Part shown: positions 30,151 to 40,800 of the stretch, one piece after another
Position numbering within the stretch: the first letter of the stretch is position 1
Layout of the letters: each line of letters starts with the position of its first letter
Origin: an uncultured Gammaproteobacteria bacterium
Lineage (GTDB): Bacteria > Patescibacteriota > Patescibacteriia > VMEV01 > CAYQCH01
Length of the DNA: 64,000 nucleotides
Direction: 5' to 3'
NCBI GenBank assembly: GCA_964503955.1
Contig: CAZDCG010000003.1
Coordinates: 626-64,625 of the forward strand
Translations under genes and position numbers: made by a program
The notes under the pieces: generated by a model
Database searches by the model: none
What the model was told of the DNA's origin: nothing
Seen by the model: the letters and a program-made list of their open reading frames with translations, nothing else

Positions 30151-30813
30151 ATGAGAACAATACGAGTCACCCCCAAAGATCGCCGATCCGAAGTCTGGAT
30201 CGGGATCTTCACGCGGGTGCTCAAGGATAAGGCGCGCAGGGCCGGAGCTTCAGAAGACAGCGTGAAGCTGAGCGCACAGCGCGAGGCGGACAGGCTTTAC
30301 GCCAAGCTGAAGAGCGCCCAGGCTCTTGCTGAGGATCCGGAAGCGTGTTCGCGGTTGGCCAGCAGGCTGGTTGCCGACAAGGATCCGGCGGGGCGGATGG
30401 CGCTGGATGCGGCAATGGCCGGTTTGCTCGAAGAGCAAGATAAGGAAGACAGGATGATTTCCATAGCCCGCGCCTCGGATGATTGCCCGTCATGGGATAC
30501 GTCTGAGGCGGTCAGGATCTGGTTTCGCCGGTGGAAAGTGCTGGCGGCTGCCGGCCTTGCCTCCGAGATGGATGGACGAGAGTACGAGTTCGAGGCCCAT
30601 GCTCTGCAAGGCGGGATCTGCCACTCCGAGCGGTGCGAGCTTCTCGCGGACTGGATCGACGCGTACGTCGAAGCGTACAACGGCGAGGGAAAACAACCCA
30701 TGCCGGAGAAGTACCGGGTCAGTACGATCGACCCGCTGTCGACCACGCCGGAGGAGATGGTTACCATTGCAGCCTGGATCGAGTGGCGGATGCAGACCAT
30801 CCGTGTGAAGTGA
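30151..30813 (+). CDS. hypothetical protein, GC3-rich
   Basis: ORF with TTGACA-17-TACTTT promoter and downstream hairpin. Confidence 0.65.
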   Translation: MRTIRVTPKDRRSEVWIGIFTRVLKDKARRAGASEDSVKLSAQREADRLYAKLKSAQALAEDPEACSRLASRLVADKDPAGRMALDAAMAGLLEEQDKEDRMISIARASDDCPSWDTSEAVRIWFRRWKVLAAAGLASEMDGREYEFEAHALQGGICHSERCELLADWIDAYVEAYNGEGKQPMPEKYRVSTIDPLSTTPEEMVTIAAWIEWRMQTIRVK

Positions 30814-30946
30814 GAGTGAGTGAAGGATCATAGGAAGGGGCGCGGACCGCGAGAGTCGTCTGCGCCCCCTTCGCATTTACAGAGAAGCGATTGTCTGTAG
30901 GTGTGGCGGAATCACTTCCTGGTTCCGATACGAAAAGGGGTAAAAC

Positions 30947-31447
30947 ATGAATATCGATCGTTTTTCGGAATGGGGGCTTTCTCGCTCGGGGAGCCTCAGG
31001 CCTGTCACGCCGATCAAGGACACGGAAGTCCATAAGCCGGTCAAGTTCAGGATCGGCACGAGCGAGTTCAAGTGCGGGTGTGTGGAGCACGTCGTCAAGC
31101 TCTTCCTGCTTATGGAGTGGGGCGGGAAGGAACGGATCAAGACCGAGCGCAGGTTCTGCCTGTCCGGCCTTCTTCACATCGGGCGGCAGCTCTACATGGA
31201 GCGCACGGGAACGGGCTGCCAGCTCTGCAAGCAGATCCTGCTGTCCATGCGCGTGTACGCGGAGCAGCACCGAGACTGCAGGGGGCTGAAGCCCAAGGAG
31301 CGGGTCCGCAGCCTCGATCGCACCTGTGTCACGCAGGAAGATGTTCTGCGCATTGCGGGCGTCATCAACAAGCGGCTGGATGCTCTGCGCAAGCTTGAAA
31401 CGCCTCCGCGCAAGCCGCCTCGCCGCAAGAAGGCCAAGTCGGCCTAA
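30947..31447 (+). CDS. hypothetical Cys-rich basic protein
   Basis: CGC, CxxC motifs; AAGGGG RBS; codon bias. Confidence 0.65.
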   Translation: MNIDRFSEWGLSRSGSLRPVTPIKDTEVHKPVKFRIGTSEFKCGCVEHVVKLFLLMEWGGKERIKTERRFCLSGLLHIGRQLYMERTGTGCQLCKQILLSMRVYAEQHRDCRGLKPKERVRSLDRTCVTQEDVLRIAGVINKRLDALRKLETPPRKPPRRKKAKSA

Positions 31448-31543
31448 GCAGGGGTGTGGACGGGGAAAACCTGTCCACGCCCGCCTCTCTCTGCTTTCCT
31501 GTATAGTGAAGGTAGAGAAGGGTCAGCAACAAGAAGGAGGAGA

Positions 31544-31792
31544 ATGAAAGAGGTGGAGACCCCGCTGAGGCGTTGCCAGTTCTGCAACCAGATCAATGAT
31601 CCTCTAGACGGGGATGATTGGGAGAACGGGGAGCGCTTTCGCGAAGAACATGGAGATGACCAGCGGGTCATTTTCGCCATCTACGATGAAGTGGACTTCT
31701 GCCCCGATTGCAGGCAGACATTTCATACGGATGAAGACTTCGGATCTTCCTGGGAAGGGGATCTGGAGTCCGACGAGCCGGTAGGACCGTAA
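31544..31792 (+). CDS. small acidic zinc-ribbon-like protein
   Basis: CQFC...CPDC; AAGGAGG RBS. Confidence 0.65.
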   Translation: MKEVETPLRRCQFCNQINDPLDGDDWENGERFREEHGDDQRVIFAIYDEVDFCPDCRQTFHTDEDFGSSWEGDLESDEPVGP

Positions 31793-31895
31793 TGGTCTGC
31801 CGGCTCTTGTCATTTCTATCTGAATGATTCATTCCTAACAATGGCGCCTGGCCTTGCTGTTTTTCTGCACTTGATCCTGATACAATATGCTCTGT

Positions 31896-32858
31896 ATGAA
31901 GCAGAGCGCATCAAAACTCATTTTGGCGATCGACGGAGGCGGAACAAAAACCGATCTGGTTTTGGCAAATGACCAGGGAAGGATTCTTGCAAAAGTAAAA
32001 ACCGGGCAGGGAAATATTCATAACGATTCGCCGGCTTCCATCACCAGGGAATTTTCTCGTGGCATCCAGCAGCTCTATCGAAAAGCAAAAATTGCAAGAA
32101 CGAGAAAACTTTCCGCGCTAGCTGTTGGCCTGGCAGGCATCGACAGTACGGCCGATGCCGAGGTTGCCAAACGCATTATTGTCCGCGCTTGCAAAGGCAT
32201 TCTGCCGCCGGCGAGCAAGCAGGCCATTGTGAATGACACGATTATCGGCTATTGGTCGGGAACGGACGCAAAAACCGGCATGTGCCTGATCGGTGGAACC
32301 GGTTCGAATTGCTATGGGCGAACCGCTTCAGGCAAAGAGGCCTGGGCTGGCGGACTAGGACATATTCTCGCGGATGAGGGCGGAGGATACTATCAGGGAA
32401 TGCGCGCTCTGCAGGCAGCCGCGAAAAGTTATGACGGGCGTGGGCCAAAAACCATGTTGGAGAAAATGATCGTGAAACATTACGGCGTTTCCTCTATCCG
32501 CGATTTGATGCGGATTGTGTATCAGCCCGCGTACGGCAAAACGCAAATCGGGGAGCTTGGGTATTTAGTGGAGGAAGCCGCGATCAAGGGAGACAAAGTT
32601 GCATTGCAGATAGCCAATGATTCAGCGGATGAGCTTGCGCGGCTTGCCGTTACTGTCGGGAAAAAGCTGAAATTTGAACAGATTGCTTTTGATTTTGTTC
32701 TCATCGGCGGGGTGATCCAAAAAGATCCCGTGGTGCAGCGCCGTTTTAAGCGCCAGGTAAAAAAACAATTTCCAAACGTGCGCTTTATTATTCCCGAACA
32801 AAAACCCGTGATGGGGGCGGTTCGGCTGGCGCTTTCGCTTCTAAAAGCAAGAGCGTAA
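31896..32858 (+). CDS. BadF/BadG/BcrA/BcrD ATPase, N-acetylglucosamine kinase-like
   Basis: IDGGGTKT, VND, GGTGSNCYG, GHILADEGGG. Confidence 0.88.
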   Translation: MKQSASKLILAIDGGGTKTDLVLANDQGRILAKVKTGQGNIHNDSPASITREFSRGIQQLYRKAKIARTRKLSALAVGLAGIDSTADAEVAKRIIVRACKGILPPASKQAIVNDTIIGYWSGTDAKTGMCLIGGTGSNCYGRTASGKEAWAGGLGHILADEGGGYYQGMRALQAAAKSYDGRGPKTMLEKMIVKHYGVSSIRDLMRIVYQPAYGKTQIGELGYLVEEAAIKGDKVALQIANDSADELARLAVTVGKKLKFEQIAFDFVLIGGVIQKDPVVQRRFKRQVKKQFPNVRFIIPEQKPVMGAVRLALSLLKARA

Positions 32859-32978
32859 AGTTCGCGCTCAAAGCTAAAGCTCGAACGAAAACCTGAGCTT
32901 GGGCCAAGTCAAGATCCTGGTGCAAATGTATCTATACGAGCCCCCCTTCAAGGTGGTCACGATATATTTGGAAGCTAT

Positions 32979-33000
32979 CCCCCCTCTTTTCTAGAGGGGA
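32979..33000. repeat. REP-like palindrome family B
   Basis: cccctcttttctagagggg; exact reverse complement at 45420-45438. Confidence 0.75.
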
Positions 33001-33226
33001 GAAGTTGCTTTTCTTCCTTCCTTCCGTAACACACACGGTAACTTGCAACTCATTCGTAAGTTTGGTGGAAAGTTCGTAAATCTCGCGTTCAAGTTCAGGC
33101 TAGGGCTGAGTCTCGAACAGAAATTTAAACAAAACTACTCTTTAAGTGGCTGGAGTGCTCCTCCTTCCATTGCCAATTTCACATAAATTGCTATACTCGG
33201 CTCCACCCTCACAAAGGAGCGCATGG

Positions 33227-34321
33227 ATGCAGTCTTCGGGTAATCTGACGCTAACGTTTCGTGGTATCGAGTTCAAAGTACAGCTGTTCCCGACGCACGG
33301 CAATCAGCCGGTCGGGCGCAAGGATGTCCACACCGGCTGCGAGAAGCCGGTGGCCGTCCGGGATGCCTGCCCGTACTGTCTGAAGGGGTGCATCGAGGAG
33401 CGGGAAGAGCGCGAGGCCGAGACCGGTACGCCGGCCATGCCTCACCCCATTCCCGTCATGACCGGGAAGAGGGGTCGGGAGCGGATCGCCTGCGCCGACG
33501 CGCAGGACATGCCGCTCTTCAACCAGAAGGTGGTCGGTTCGCCGAGCGCGCCTCCCCTCAAGCAGACCTACTGCTCGGATCCTTCCTGCGGCAAGGTGAT
33601 CAAGGACAAGGCGGTTTCCGCCTGGGAGTGCGCGAACTGCAACAAGGTCGTCAACCGCGATGAAGTGGCCAAGGCCTACGTCGTTGAGGGCAGGATCTTC
33701 CTGTTCTCGCAGGAGGAGCAGGACGCTCTGGCCGCGCTCGAGGTCGGCCAGCGGCTGATGATCATCGAGTCGCTCGCACCCGACCAGGAGCCGTGGTTTG
33801 GCGAGCAGGGGGAAACCTACGCCGTCGTTCCGGAGAAGCGAGCGGAGTATCCGTTCGCGGTGTTCCGTAACGGAACGCTGATGCATGGCCATACGTGGCT
33901 CGCCGCCATGCGATTCAAGGAGGGGTACGAGCACGCGGTGCTGCTGCGCGCCAAGAGCGAGTACGGCTACATGCTCATGACGCTGCTCAAGCCGCGCCGC
34001 CACAGGCGCAACTTCGAAGTGCTTCTTCCCGAGATCGCGGAGCAAGACGCTCTGCTGATGGGGCAGGTCATGGCCACGGCCCGCCGTGTGGGCGCGCCTT
34101 CGGCGGAGTCCCACAAGCTCGAGTCGTCGCGGCAGGCGCATTTCGCCGAGCTCATCGCCGCCAAGACCGCCAGCAAGGCGTACGTCATTCCGCCGCCACA
34201 GGCGCTGGACGAGCAGACCGCGGCGGCCGCAGCTCAGCTGCTCGATTCGTTCGCCGAGTACGAGATGGCGAAGAAGAAGGGCAAGAAGAAGGCCGCCCGG
34301 AAGCAGGAAGCAGCTTCTTAG
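33227..34321 (+). CDS. divergent Ku-like DNA end-binding protein with Cys-rich insertion
   Basis: GNLTLTF...VQLF start, HxxC, CANCNKVVNRDEVAKAY...FSQEEQDAL resembles Ku core; basic tail; AAGGAG RBS. Confidence 0.7.
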   Translation: MQSSGNLTLTFRGIEFKVQLFPTHGNQPVGRKDVHTGCEKPVAVRDACPYCLKGCIEEREEREAETGTPAMPHPIPVMTGKRGRERIACADAQDMPLFNQKVVGSPSAPPLKQTYCSDPSCGKVIKDKAVSAWECANCNKVVNRDEVAKAYVVEGRIFLFSQEEQDALAALEVGQRLMIIESLAPDQEPWFGEQGETYAVVPEKRAEYPFAVFRNGTLMHGHTWLAAMRFKEGYEHAVLLRAKSEYGYMLMTLLKPRRHRRNFEVLLPEIAEQDALLMGQVMATARRVGAPSAESHKLESSRQAHFAELIAAKTASKAYVIPPPQALDEQTAAAAAQLLDSFAEYEMAKKKGKKKAARKQEAAS

Positions 34322-34431
34322 CACAATATCGCTTCATTCGTGTCCTCCCTTGCCTTGGCCGGCGGGGGAGGACACTTCCGTTTCAGGCCGGAAAATGGTA
34401 CGTTTCAGGAAAAGCGCGTCGCGCGATTGTT

Positions 34432-36120
34432 ATGCTTGTCAACCGTCCATCACTTCAGGAATTTGCTTTGCAGCAGAAACTGCTCACGGCCAAAGAACTT
34501 GAGCAGGTAAATGAGTTTGCGCGCAAAGAAAAGGTTTCCTTTGAAGAAGCCTTGCGCCTGCGCGCGAAATGGAAGGAGAAAGAAGTGTCTCAACTGCTCG
34601 CGGATTACTGGGAAGTCCCGCCTGTCAATCTTTCATCGCAAAAAATCCAACAGGAAACCCTGCAGCTGCTTCCCCCGCTGCTGGCCAGAACCCAGAAAGT
34701 CATTCCCTTTCGAAAAGATCAAAAGGGCATCCATGTCGCCATGGCAAATCCTTCCAATCTCGAGGTACGCCGCCAATTGGAAAAGAAATTCGATGAAAAC
34801 GTCCTGTTTTACTACACGCCCGCATCGGAAATGGAAGATGTGCTGCGCCTGTACGATACCACGCTCAGCCAGGCGCTTGATGAAATCATTGCCCAGGATA
34901 TCAGCAAGCTGCATAGCGTTGACGAAGATAATATCGAACTTCCGATTATCAGGATCACAGATGCGATCTTAAGTTACGCCGCCAGCAATAATGCATCGGA
35001 TATCCATATCGAGCCACTGGAAAACTATGTTCAGGTGCGCTACCGCATCGACGGCATGCTGCATGATGTCGTGCAATTGCCAAAACTGATCCTTGGGCCT
35101 GTCGTGACCCGCATCAAGATTCTGTCAAAACTCCGCATCGATGAACATTTTTCCGCGCAGGACGGACGATTTGATTATGTCTTTCAGGACAATAAAGTTG
35201 ATGCGCGCGTTTCCATTGTTCCAATCACGGAAGGGGAAAAGGTCGTCATCCGTTTGTTTACGGACAGGTCAAGGCGCCTGAGCCTGGAGGATCTTGGCAT
35301 GTCTGAAAAGGATTTGCGCACATTGAGAGCGGCGCTCAAAAAACCCTACGGGATGATTCTTTCCTCCGGTCCGACCGGATCCGGTAAAACAACAACCATG
35401 TATGCCATCATGCAAATGGTTAATAGCAGAGAAATCAATATTTCCACCATTGAAGATCCGGTGGAATACGATTTGCCAGGCGTAAATCAGATTCAGGTAA
35501 ATGAACGCACAAACCTGACATTTGCCCGCGGGTTGCGCTCCATTCTGCGCCAGGATCCGGACATTATCATGGTCGGAGAAATCCGCGATGAAGACGCCGC
35601 CGGCATTGCGGTGAATGCCGCGATGACCGGGCATCTTGTCTTGTCCACCTTGCATGCGAACAATGCGGCAACCACGATTCCGCGATTATTGGATTTGAAA
35701 ATAAAACCTTTTTTGCTGGCATCTTCTTTGAACTTAATCATTTCACAACGCCTTGTGCGCCGTATTTGCGCGCGCTGTAAAGTCACGTTAAGATTGGATA
35801 AGCAAACGCTGGCACAGCTTGATGCCCAGCTTCCTTCAACGGATTTGCAGGCGCATGTGCGGCACAAGAACCTGAAATTTTTCAAAGGAGACGGATGCAC
35901 GGTTTGCGCGCAAACAGGCTATCTTGGGCGTATCGGTATTTATGAAATGTACGAAGTAGACGAAGATATGCGCGAACTGATCATGGCCGGCGCGAGCGCG
36001 AAGGAAATAGAAGACGCGGCCGTGAAAAAAGGCATGACAACCATGCTTCAAGACGGATTGCAAAAAGTCGCCAATGGCGTAACGACCATTGAAGAAATCG
36101 TCCGGGTGATGTCCATCTAA
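34432..36120 (+). CDS. pilB: type IV pilus assembly ATPase (PilB/GspE)
   Basis: ASDIHIEP, GPTGSGKTTT, EDPVEY, LRQDPD, GHLVLSTLH; start ATG 34432. Confidence 0.95.
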   Translation: MLVNRPSLQEFALQQKLLTAKELEQVNEFARKEKVSFEEALRLRAKWKEKEVSQLLADYWEVPPVNLSSQKIQQETLQLLPPLLARTQKVIPFRKDQKGIHVAMANPSNLEVRRQLEKKFDENVLFYYTPASEMEDVLRLYDTTLSQALDEIIAQDISKLHSVDEDNIELPIIRITDAILSYAASNNASDIHIEPLENYVQVRYRIDGMLHDVVQLPKLILGPVVTRIKILSKLRIDEHFSAQDGRFDYVFQDNKVDARVSIVPITEGEKVVIRLFTDRSRRLSLEDLGMSEKDLRTLRAALKKPYGMILSSGPTGSGKTTTMYAIMQMVNSREINISTIEDPVEYDLPGVNQIQVNERTNLTFARGLRSILRQDPDIIMVGEIRDEDAAGIAVNAAMTGHLVLSTLHANNAATTIPRLLDLKIKPFLLASSLNLIISQRLVRRICARCKVTLRLDKQTLAQLDAQLPSTDLQAHVRHKNLKFFKGDGCTVCAQTGYLGRIGIYEMYEVDEDMRELIMAGASAKEIEDAAVKKGMTTMLQDGLQKVANGVTTIEEIVRVMSI

Positions 36121-36209
36121 ATAGGTGCGAGTTTCTCGTTGACGGGTTGCGGGGAATACCCAAAGCTCGTAACGCATAACTCGTCATCCGCAACCCTAAA
36201 CCCAAACAA

Positions 36210-37427
36210 ATGCGTTACCGTTTTACCGCTCATACGAGCAAAGGCGAGCCGATCACGGCCAGCATCGAAGCCAGGAACAAGGAGGAAGCAACCGGCAGGC
36301 TGGTGAACAAAGGCTATGTGGTCGATTCGCTTCAAGCTGACTGGTTTCATACGATTTCACGGCTGAATATCGGGAGAGCCGGGGCTGTTTCTTTGCGCGA
36401 AAAGCTGATTTTCACACGCAACCTTGCGCTCATGATCCGCGCAGGTATTACGATTGATTCAGCGCTTTCCATTTTGTCCCAGCAGGCGGCCGGCCCGGTT
36501 TTACGGCGACTTCTGACCCGCATTCAGGAAGAAGTGGAGTCAGGCAATACCTTTTCTGAAGCCATGGCCGGCTATCCGCGCGTATTTGACGAATTGTATG
36601 TCAATATCATTGCCGCGTCGGAAAAATCCGGAACGCTGGCGGAAAGCCTTGAACATCTCGCCTGGCAGATCAAACGGCAGAATGATCTAAAATCAAAAAT
36701 CCAGGCGGCATTGTTTTATCCTCTCATCGTGATTGTTTCCACCATGGCCGTAGGGCTTGCCTTGTCTATTTTTGTTTTGCCAAAGATTACAAGCCTCTTT
36801 GTTACGTTTGATACCCAGCTTCCACTGACAACGCGTATTGTCGTCAAGTTGGCCGACCTGATGCAAAATAACAAATTGCTGGTCGTTGTGCTTCTCGCCG
36901 GCATGTTGGCGTTTTTCTACGCATTGGTAAAAATCAAATATTTGCGGCCGCTCTGGCATCGTTTGTTTTTGCGTTTGCCCGGCATTGGAAAAATCATGCG
37001 AGATTTTAACCTGGCCTTGTTTACAAGAACGCTTGGCACCTTGCTTGTCAGCGGTGTTCCCGTTAATCAGGCGCTTGAAATCACTTCAAAAACATTGAGA
37101 AATATCCGTTACCGCCAGGCGCTGGCGGAGATGGTGGTAAAGCAGCAATCAGGCACGAGCATGGGCTTGCTGCTCTCCGAACGGGAAGATCTTTTTCCTC
37201 CTATTGTGCATCGCATGATCCAGGTGGGGGAGGAAAGCGGAAACCTGGATGAATCGCTTTCTTTTCTGGCGGATTTTCATGAAGAAGAGCTTGATTATGC
37301 CACAAAGAATATTTCAACCATTATCGAGCCGGTTCTGCTGATTCTTGTCGGCATCATGGTCGCAGTTCTGGCGCTGGCTATTATCACTCCTATTTACCAG
37401 ATCACAGGCAGTTTCCAGCCGCGCTAA
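36210..37427 (+). CDS. pilC: type IV pilus platform protein (PilC/GspF)
   Basis: two GspF repeats, EKSGTL / GEESGNL, IIEP. Confidence 0.93.
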   Translation: MRYRFTAHTSKGEPITASIEARNKEEATGRLVNKGYVVDSLQADWFHTISRLNIGRAGAVSLREKLIFTRNLALMIRAGITIDSALSILSQQAAGPVLRRLLTRIQEEVESGNTFSEAMAGYPRVFDELYVNIIAASEKSGTLAESLEHLAWQIKRQNDLKSKIQAALFYPLIVIVSTMAVGLALSIFVLPKITSLFVTFDTQLPLTTRIVVKLADLMQNNKLLVVVLLAGMLAFFYALVKIKYLRPLWHRLFLRLPGIGKIMRDFNLALFTRTLGTLLVSGVPVNQALEITSKTLRNIRYRQALAEMVVKQQSGTSMGLLLSEREDLFPPIVHRMIQVGEESGNLDESLSFLADFHEEELDYATKNISTIIEPVLLILVGIMVAVLALAIITPIYQITGSFQPR

Positions 37428-37428
37428 T

Positions 37429-37884
37429 ATGGTAAAACGCTTGGGATTTACGATCATCGAGCTTATCGTGACCCTTGTCATCATGGGGTTGATCACTCTG
37501 GCGGTCTATCCTTTTCTGCAATCCGCCATCGGCCGCTCGGAATTGAAACGCTCTACCTGGGAAGTGGCCGATACCATCCGCCGCGCGCAAGTGCAATCCA
37601 TGGCCGGGCTGATGAATGATGTCTGGGGAGTGCGGATTGAAACAAACGGGTACACGCTTTTTAAAGGAAGCGTCTTTAATCCCGCTGAACCGGAAAATAT
37701 TTCGTTTGTGTTCTCAAGCCAGATCACGGTTTCATCGTTGAATCTCAACGGCGGTGTGTCTGATCTTCTCTTTGCTTCAACGGGAAGAACCGATGCGTAC
37801 GGAACAATTACTTTGCAAGATGCCAGTACCACGCTCACGTCAACCATTACCGTGACCGAGGCGGGAAAAATCACCCATGACTAA
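37429..37884 (+). CDS. minor pilin
   Basis: class III signal GFTIIEL. Confidence 0.88.
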   Translation: MVKRLGFTIIELIVTLVIMGLITLAVYPFLQSAIGRSELKRSTWEVADTIRRAQVQSMAGLMNDVWGVRIETNGYTLFKGSVFNPAEPENISFVFSSQITVSSLNLNGGVSDLLFASTGRTDAYGTITLQDASTTLTSTITVTEAGKITHD

Positions 37885-40800
37885 ACGAATCACTCAATGC
37901 GGACAGGCTTTAGTCGAACTGCTCATCGCGGTCGGCTTATTTGCCTTGTTCGGTTTGGCCATCGCTGCTTTGGGATTTGAAGGGTTGATCGACGCGCAAG
38001 GCGGGGAACAGCGGTCACGCGCTTCCTTTTTGGCACAGGAAGGCATTGAAGCGGCTAAAAGCATCCGAGACCGCGGATGGCAGCATTTGGCCGTCGGCGC
38101 GCATGGGTTGGCCACCTCCAATGGCTATTGGGAATTTTCAGGAAGTTCTGAGACAATTGACGATCTCTATACCCGCACGATCCAGGTCAGCGAGGTGAAC
38201 CGTGACGAGGGAGAAATTGTTCTGGTTGGGGGAGAACTTGATCCGCGCATGAGGCTGGTTGTTTCCACTGTGGCGTGGAATCCTGTATTCGGTCCGGAGC
38301 AAACATTAGAAATCCAAACATATCTGAGCGACTGGAATGTGTATGACTGGTTTGAAACAACGGACGATGAGTTTGATGAGGGGGAGGCCGTCGATACGGT
38401 TGTGGCTGGTTCAGGCGATGAGGCCCTTGTGGAGCTTGCAGCAGGAAGCGGAGGAGGGGGAGGAAGCGGAGAAGCAGAATGGGTTGAAGGCGGAGGACCG
38501 TATCTGACCGATACCACGGATACTGATTTTGCGCAGGGAACATTGTCTCAGACGGTGGTATCCGGAACCGGGGTAAATGGAAGAGTCCTGCTTGACACCG
38601 AAGAAAAATGGGATTTGTTCAACTTTGCTTTTGGCACTATTGACATGGAATATGCTGCCGAGCACTGGGCGGCGGGAGCAGGCGGTGCGCTATTTGAATG
38701 GACCGGGTCTGCCTGGGTACAGGCTGATTCCCCGGTCACGGAGGATTTGTACTATGTGCATGAGGTGGACGACGATGAAGTCTATGTTGTGGGCGAAAAT
38801 GGCACGGCCATCCGTTATAACGGACAGATATGGGAAAACATTGAAACACCCACGTCGGAACATCTCAATTCCGTCGCCATGTTTTCAACGGATGATGGAA
38901 TTGCAGTGGGGGACGGGGGAACGATTCTGCGCTGGAATGGCAGCGTCTGGACGGTATTGCCATCGCCTACCACAAGAGATTTAAATGACATTACATTATT
39001 CAGCAATTCCTTTGGTGTCATTGTCGGCGATAATGGAACAATTCTTCACTGGGATGGCACCGCCTGGAATAGCGTCACATCTCCAACGCCGCAGACTCTG
39101 TACGGAGTGGAATTGTTTTCCGCTATTGATGGTTTTGCCGTTGGCAATTCAGGGACCATTCTGCGCTGGAACGGCACGAACTGGCTGACCTTTTCTTCGC
39201 CGATTAACAGACGGCTTGATTCGGTATCATTCAGCTCGCCTACACGCGGATTTACCGTGGGGGACGGGGGAGTGAATTTGCTGTGGGATGGCAATGCCTG
39301 GACAGAATTTTTATCGCCAACCAATAAGTTTCTGCAGAGCGTATTTATGATTTCCGCTTCCAATGGCTGGGCGGTCGGCCAAGACGGAACTGTCATCCGT
39401 TGGAACGGAACGCAATGGATTCCATATATTCAGGATACAGGGGAAAATTACACGGCGGTTGATCTGGTCTCCGCGACCGACGCATTTGCCGTTGGGCAAT
39501 CCCTTGGGAAAGGCATCATCAGGCATTGGGATGGGGATACCTGGACATCTCAGAGTTCTCCAGTGAATAAGGCGCTTTACGGCGTCGATATGGTCGCATC
39601 AAATGACGTTTGGGCAGTCGGAAATAACGCGGCCATAATCTTCTATGACGGAAATTCCTGGTCTGAAGTCAACTCGCCGGTAAATTCCTCCTTTTATGAC
39701 GTGTCCATGGTCAGCGCGATTGACGGGTTTATTGTTGGCAGCGGCAAAGCAATTCTGCGCTGGAACGGTTCTGTCTGGTCGTCAGTCAGTTCGCCAGGAT
39801 CGAATGTGAATTACAATTCGATCGACATGCTTTCCGCAATCGATGGGTTTATCGCCGGAGAAAAAAGCACCATTCTCAGATGGAATGGCACTCAGTGGAC
39901 GCTGATGTCAGCACCCGCCACCAATAAAAATCTGAACGGGGTAGACGCTCTGTCGGCGAATGAAGCCTGGATCGTGGGGGATGCGGGATTGATCTGGCGA
40001 TGGGATGGGAGTGCGTGGTCATCCGTTACCTCGCCCACGGCCAAAGATTTGCTTGATGTATCATTTGTCTCTTCTTCCCTGGGGTACGCTTCAGGAGAGG
40101 ACGGAACATTGTTGAAATGGGATGGACTGTCATGGTCAATTGTCAATTCAGGAACGAGCGAAGATTTGCCTGGGCTTTCCATTCTTGATGCGAATACCGG
40201 CTGGGGAGTAGCAAATGGAGGTACCTTCATCCGATTAGGGCTTTTCTATAAAACGGCGGGAACCTTTGTCTCCCGCGTCTTTGACAGCGGCGATCCGTCC
40301 ACCTTTTGGAGCTTTATCCGCTGGTCGGAAAATTCCTATTCGGTCGCCTCGCTGAGCATTGCAACAAGATCTGGCAATACGCCTGTACCGGATGGATCCT
40401 GGTCGGCCTGGAGTTCGGAGCTGTCCGATCACCTTGGCGATCAAATCCCATCGCCAGACGGGCGATACCTGCAATATCGAGCAACATTTTCCACAAGCGC
40501 GCTTTACATTTCCGCTGAGCTGCTCGATGTAACGATCACCTATAATGATCCGGCTATTCCTTACGATTTGCATGATATTGACATGGTTTCTGCGAGCGAA
40601 GGCTGGGCGGTTGGCGATAATGCGACCATGTTGTATCTGGACGGCGATACATGGGAAGACGTGAGCGTGCCTTCTACTGCGCATTTATACGGCATCGATA
40701 TGGTCAGTGCATCGGAAGGCTGGGCCGTTGGCGCATCAGGCAATCTGCTTCGCTATGCCGGCAATGTTTGGACATCGATTGGCTCGCCAACAACCGAGCA

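Noticed and set aside
33895-34431. Arg-rich N-terminal extension of pilB
   Set aside because: Alternative frame of the GC-rich Ku gene and its terminator; real start is ATG 34432.
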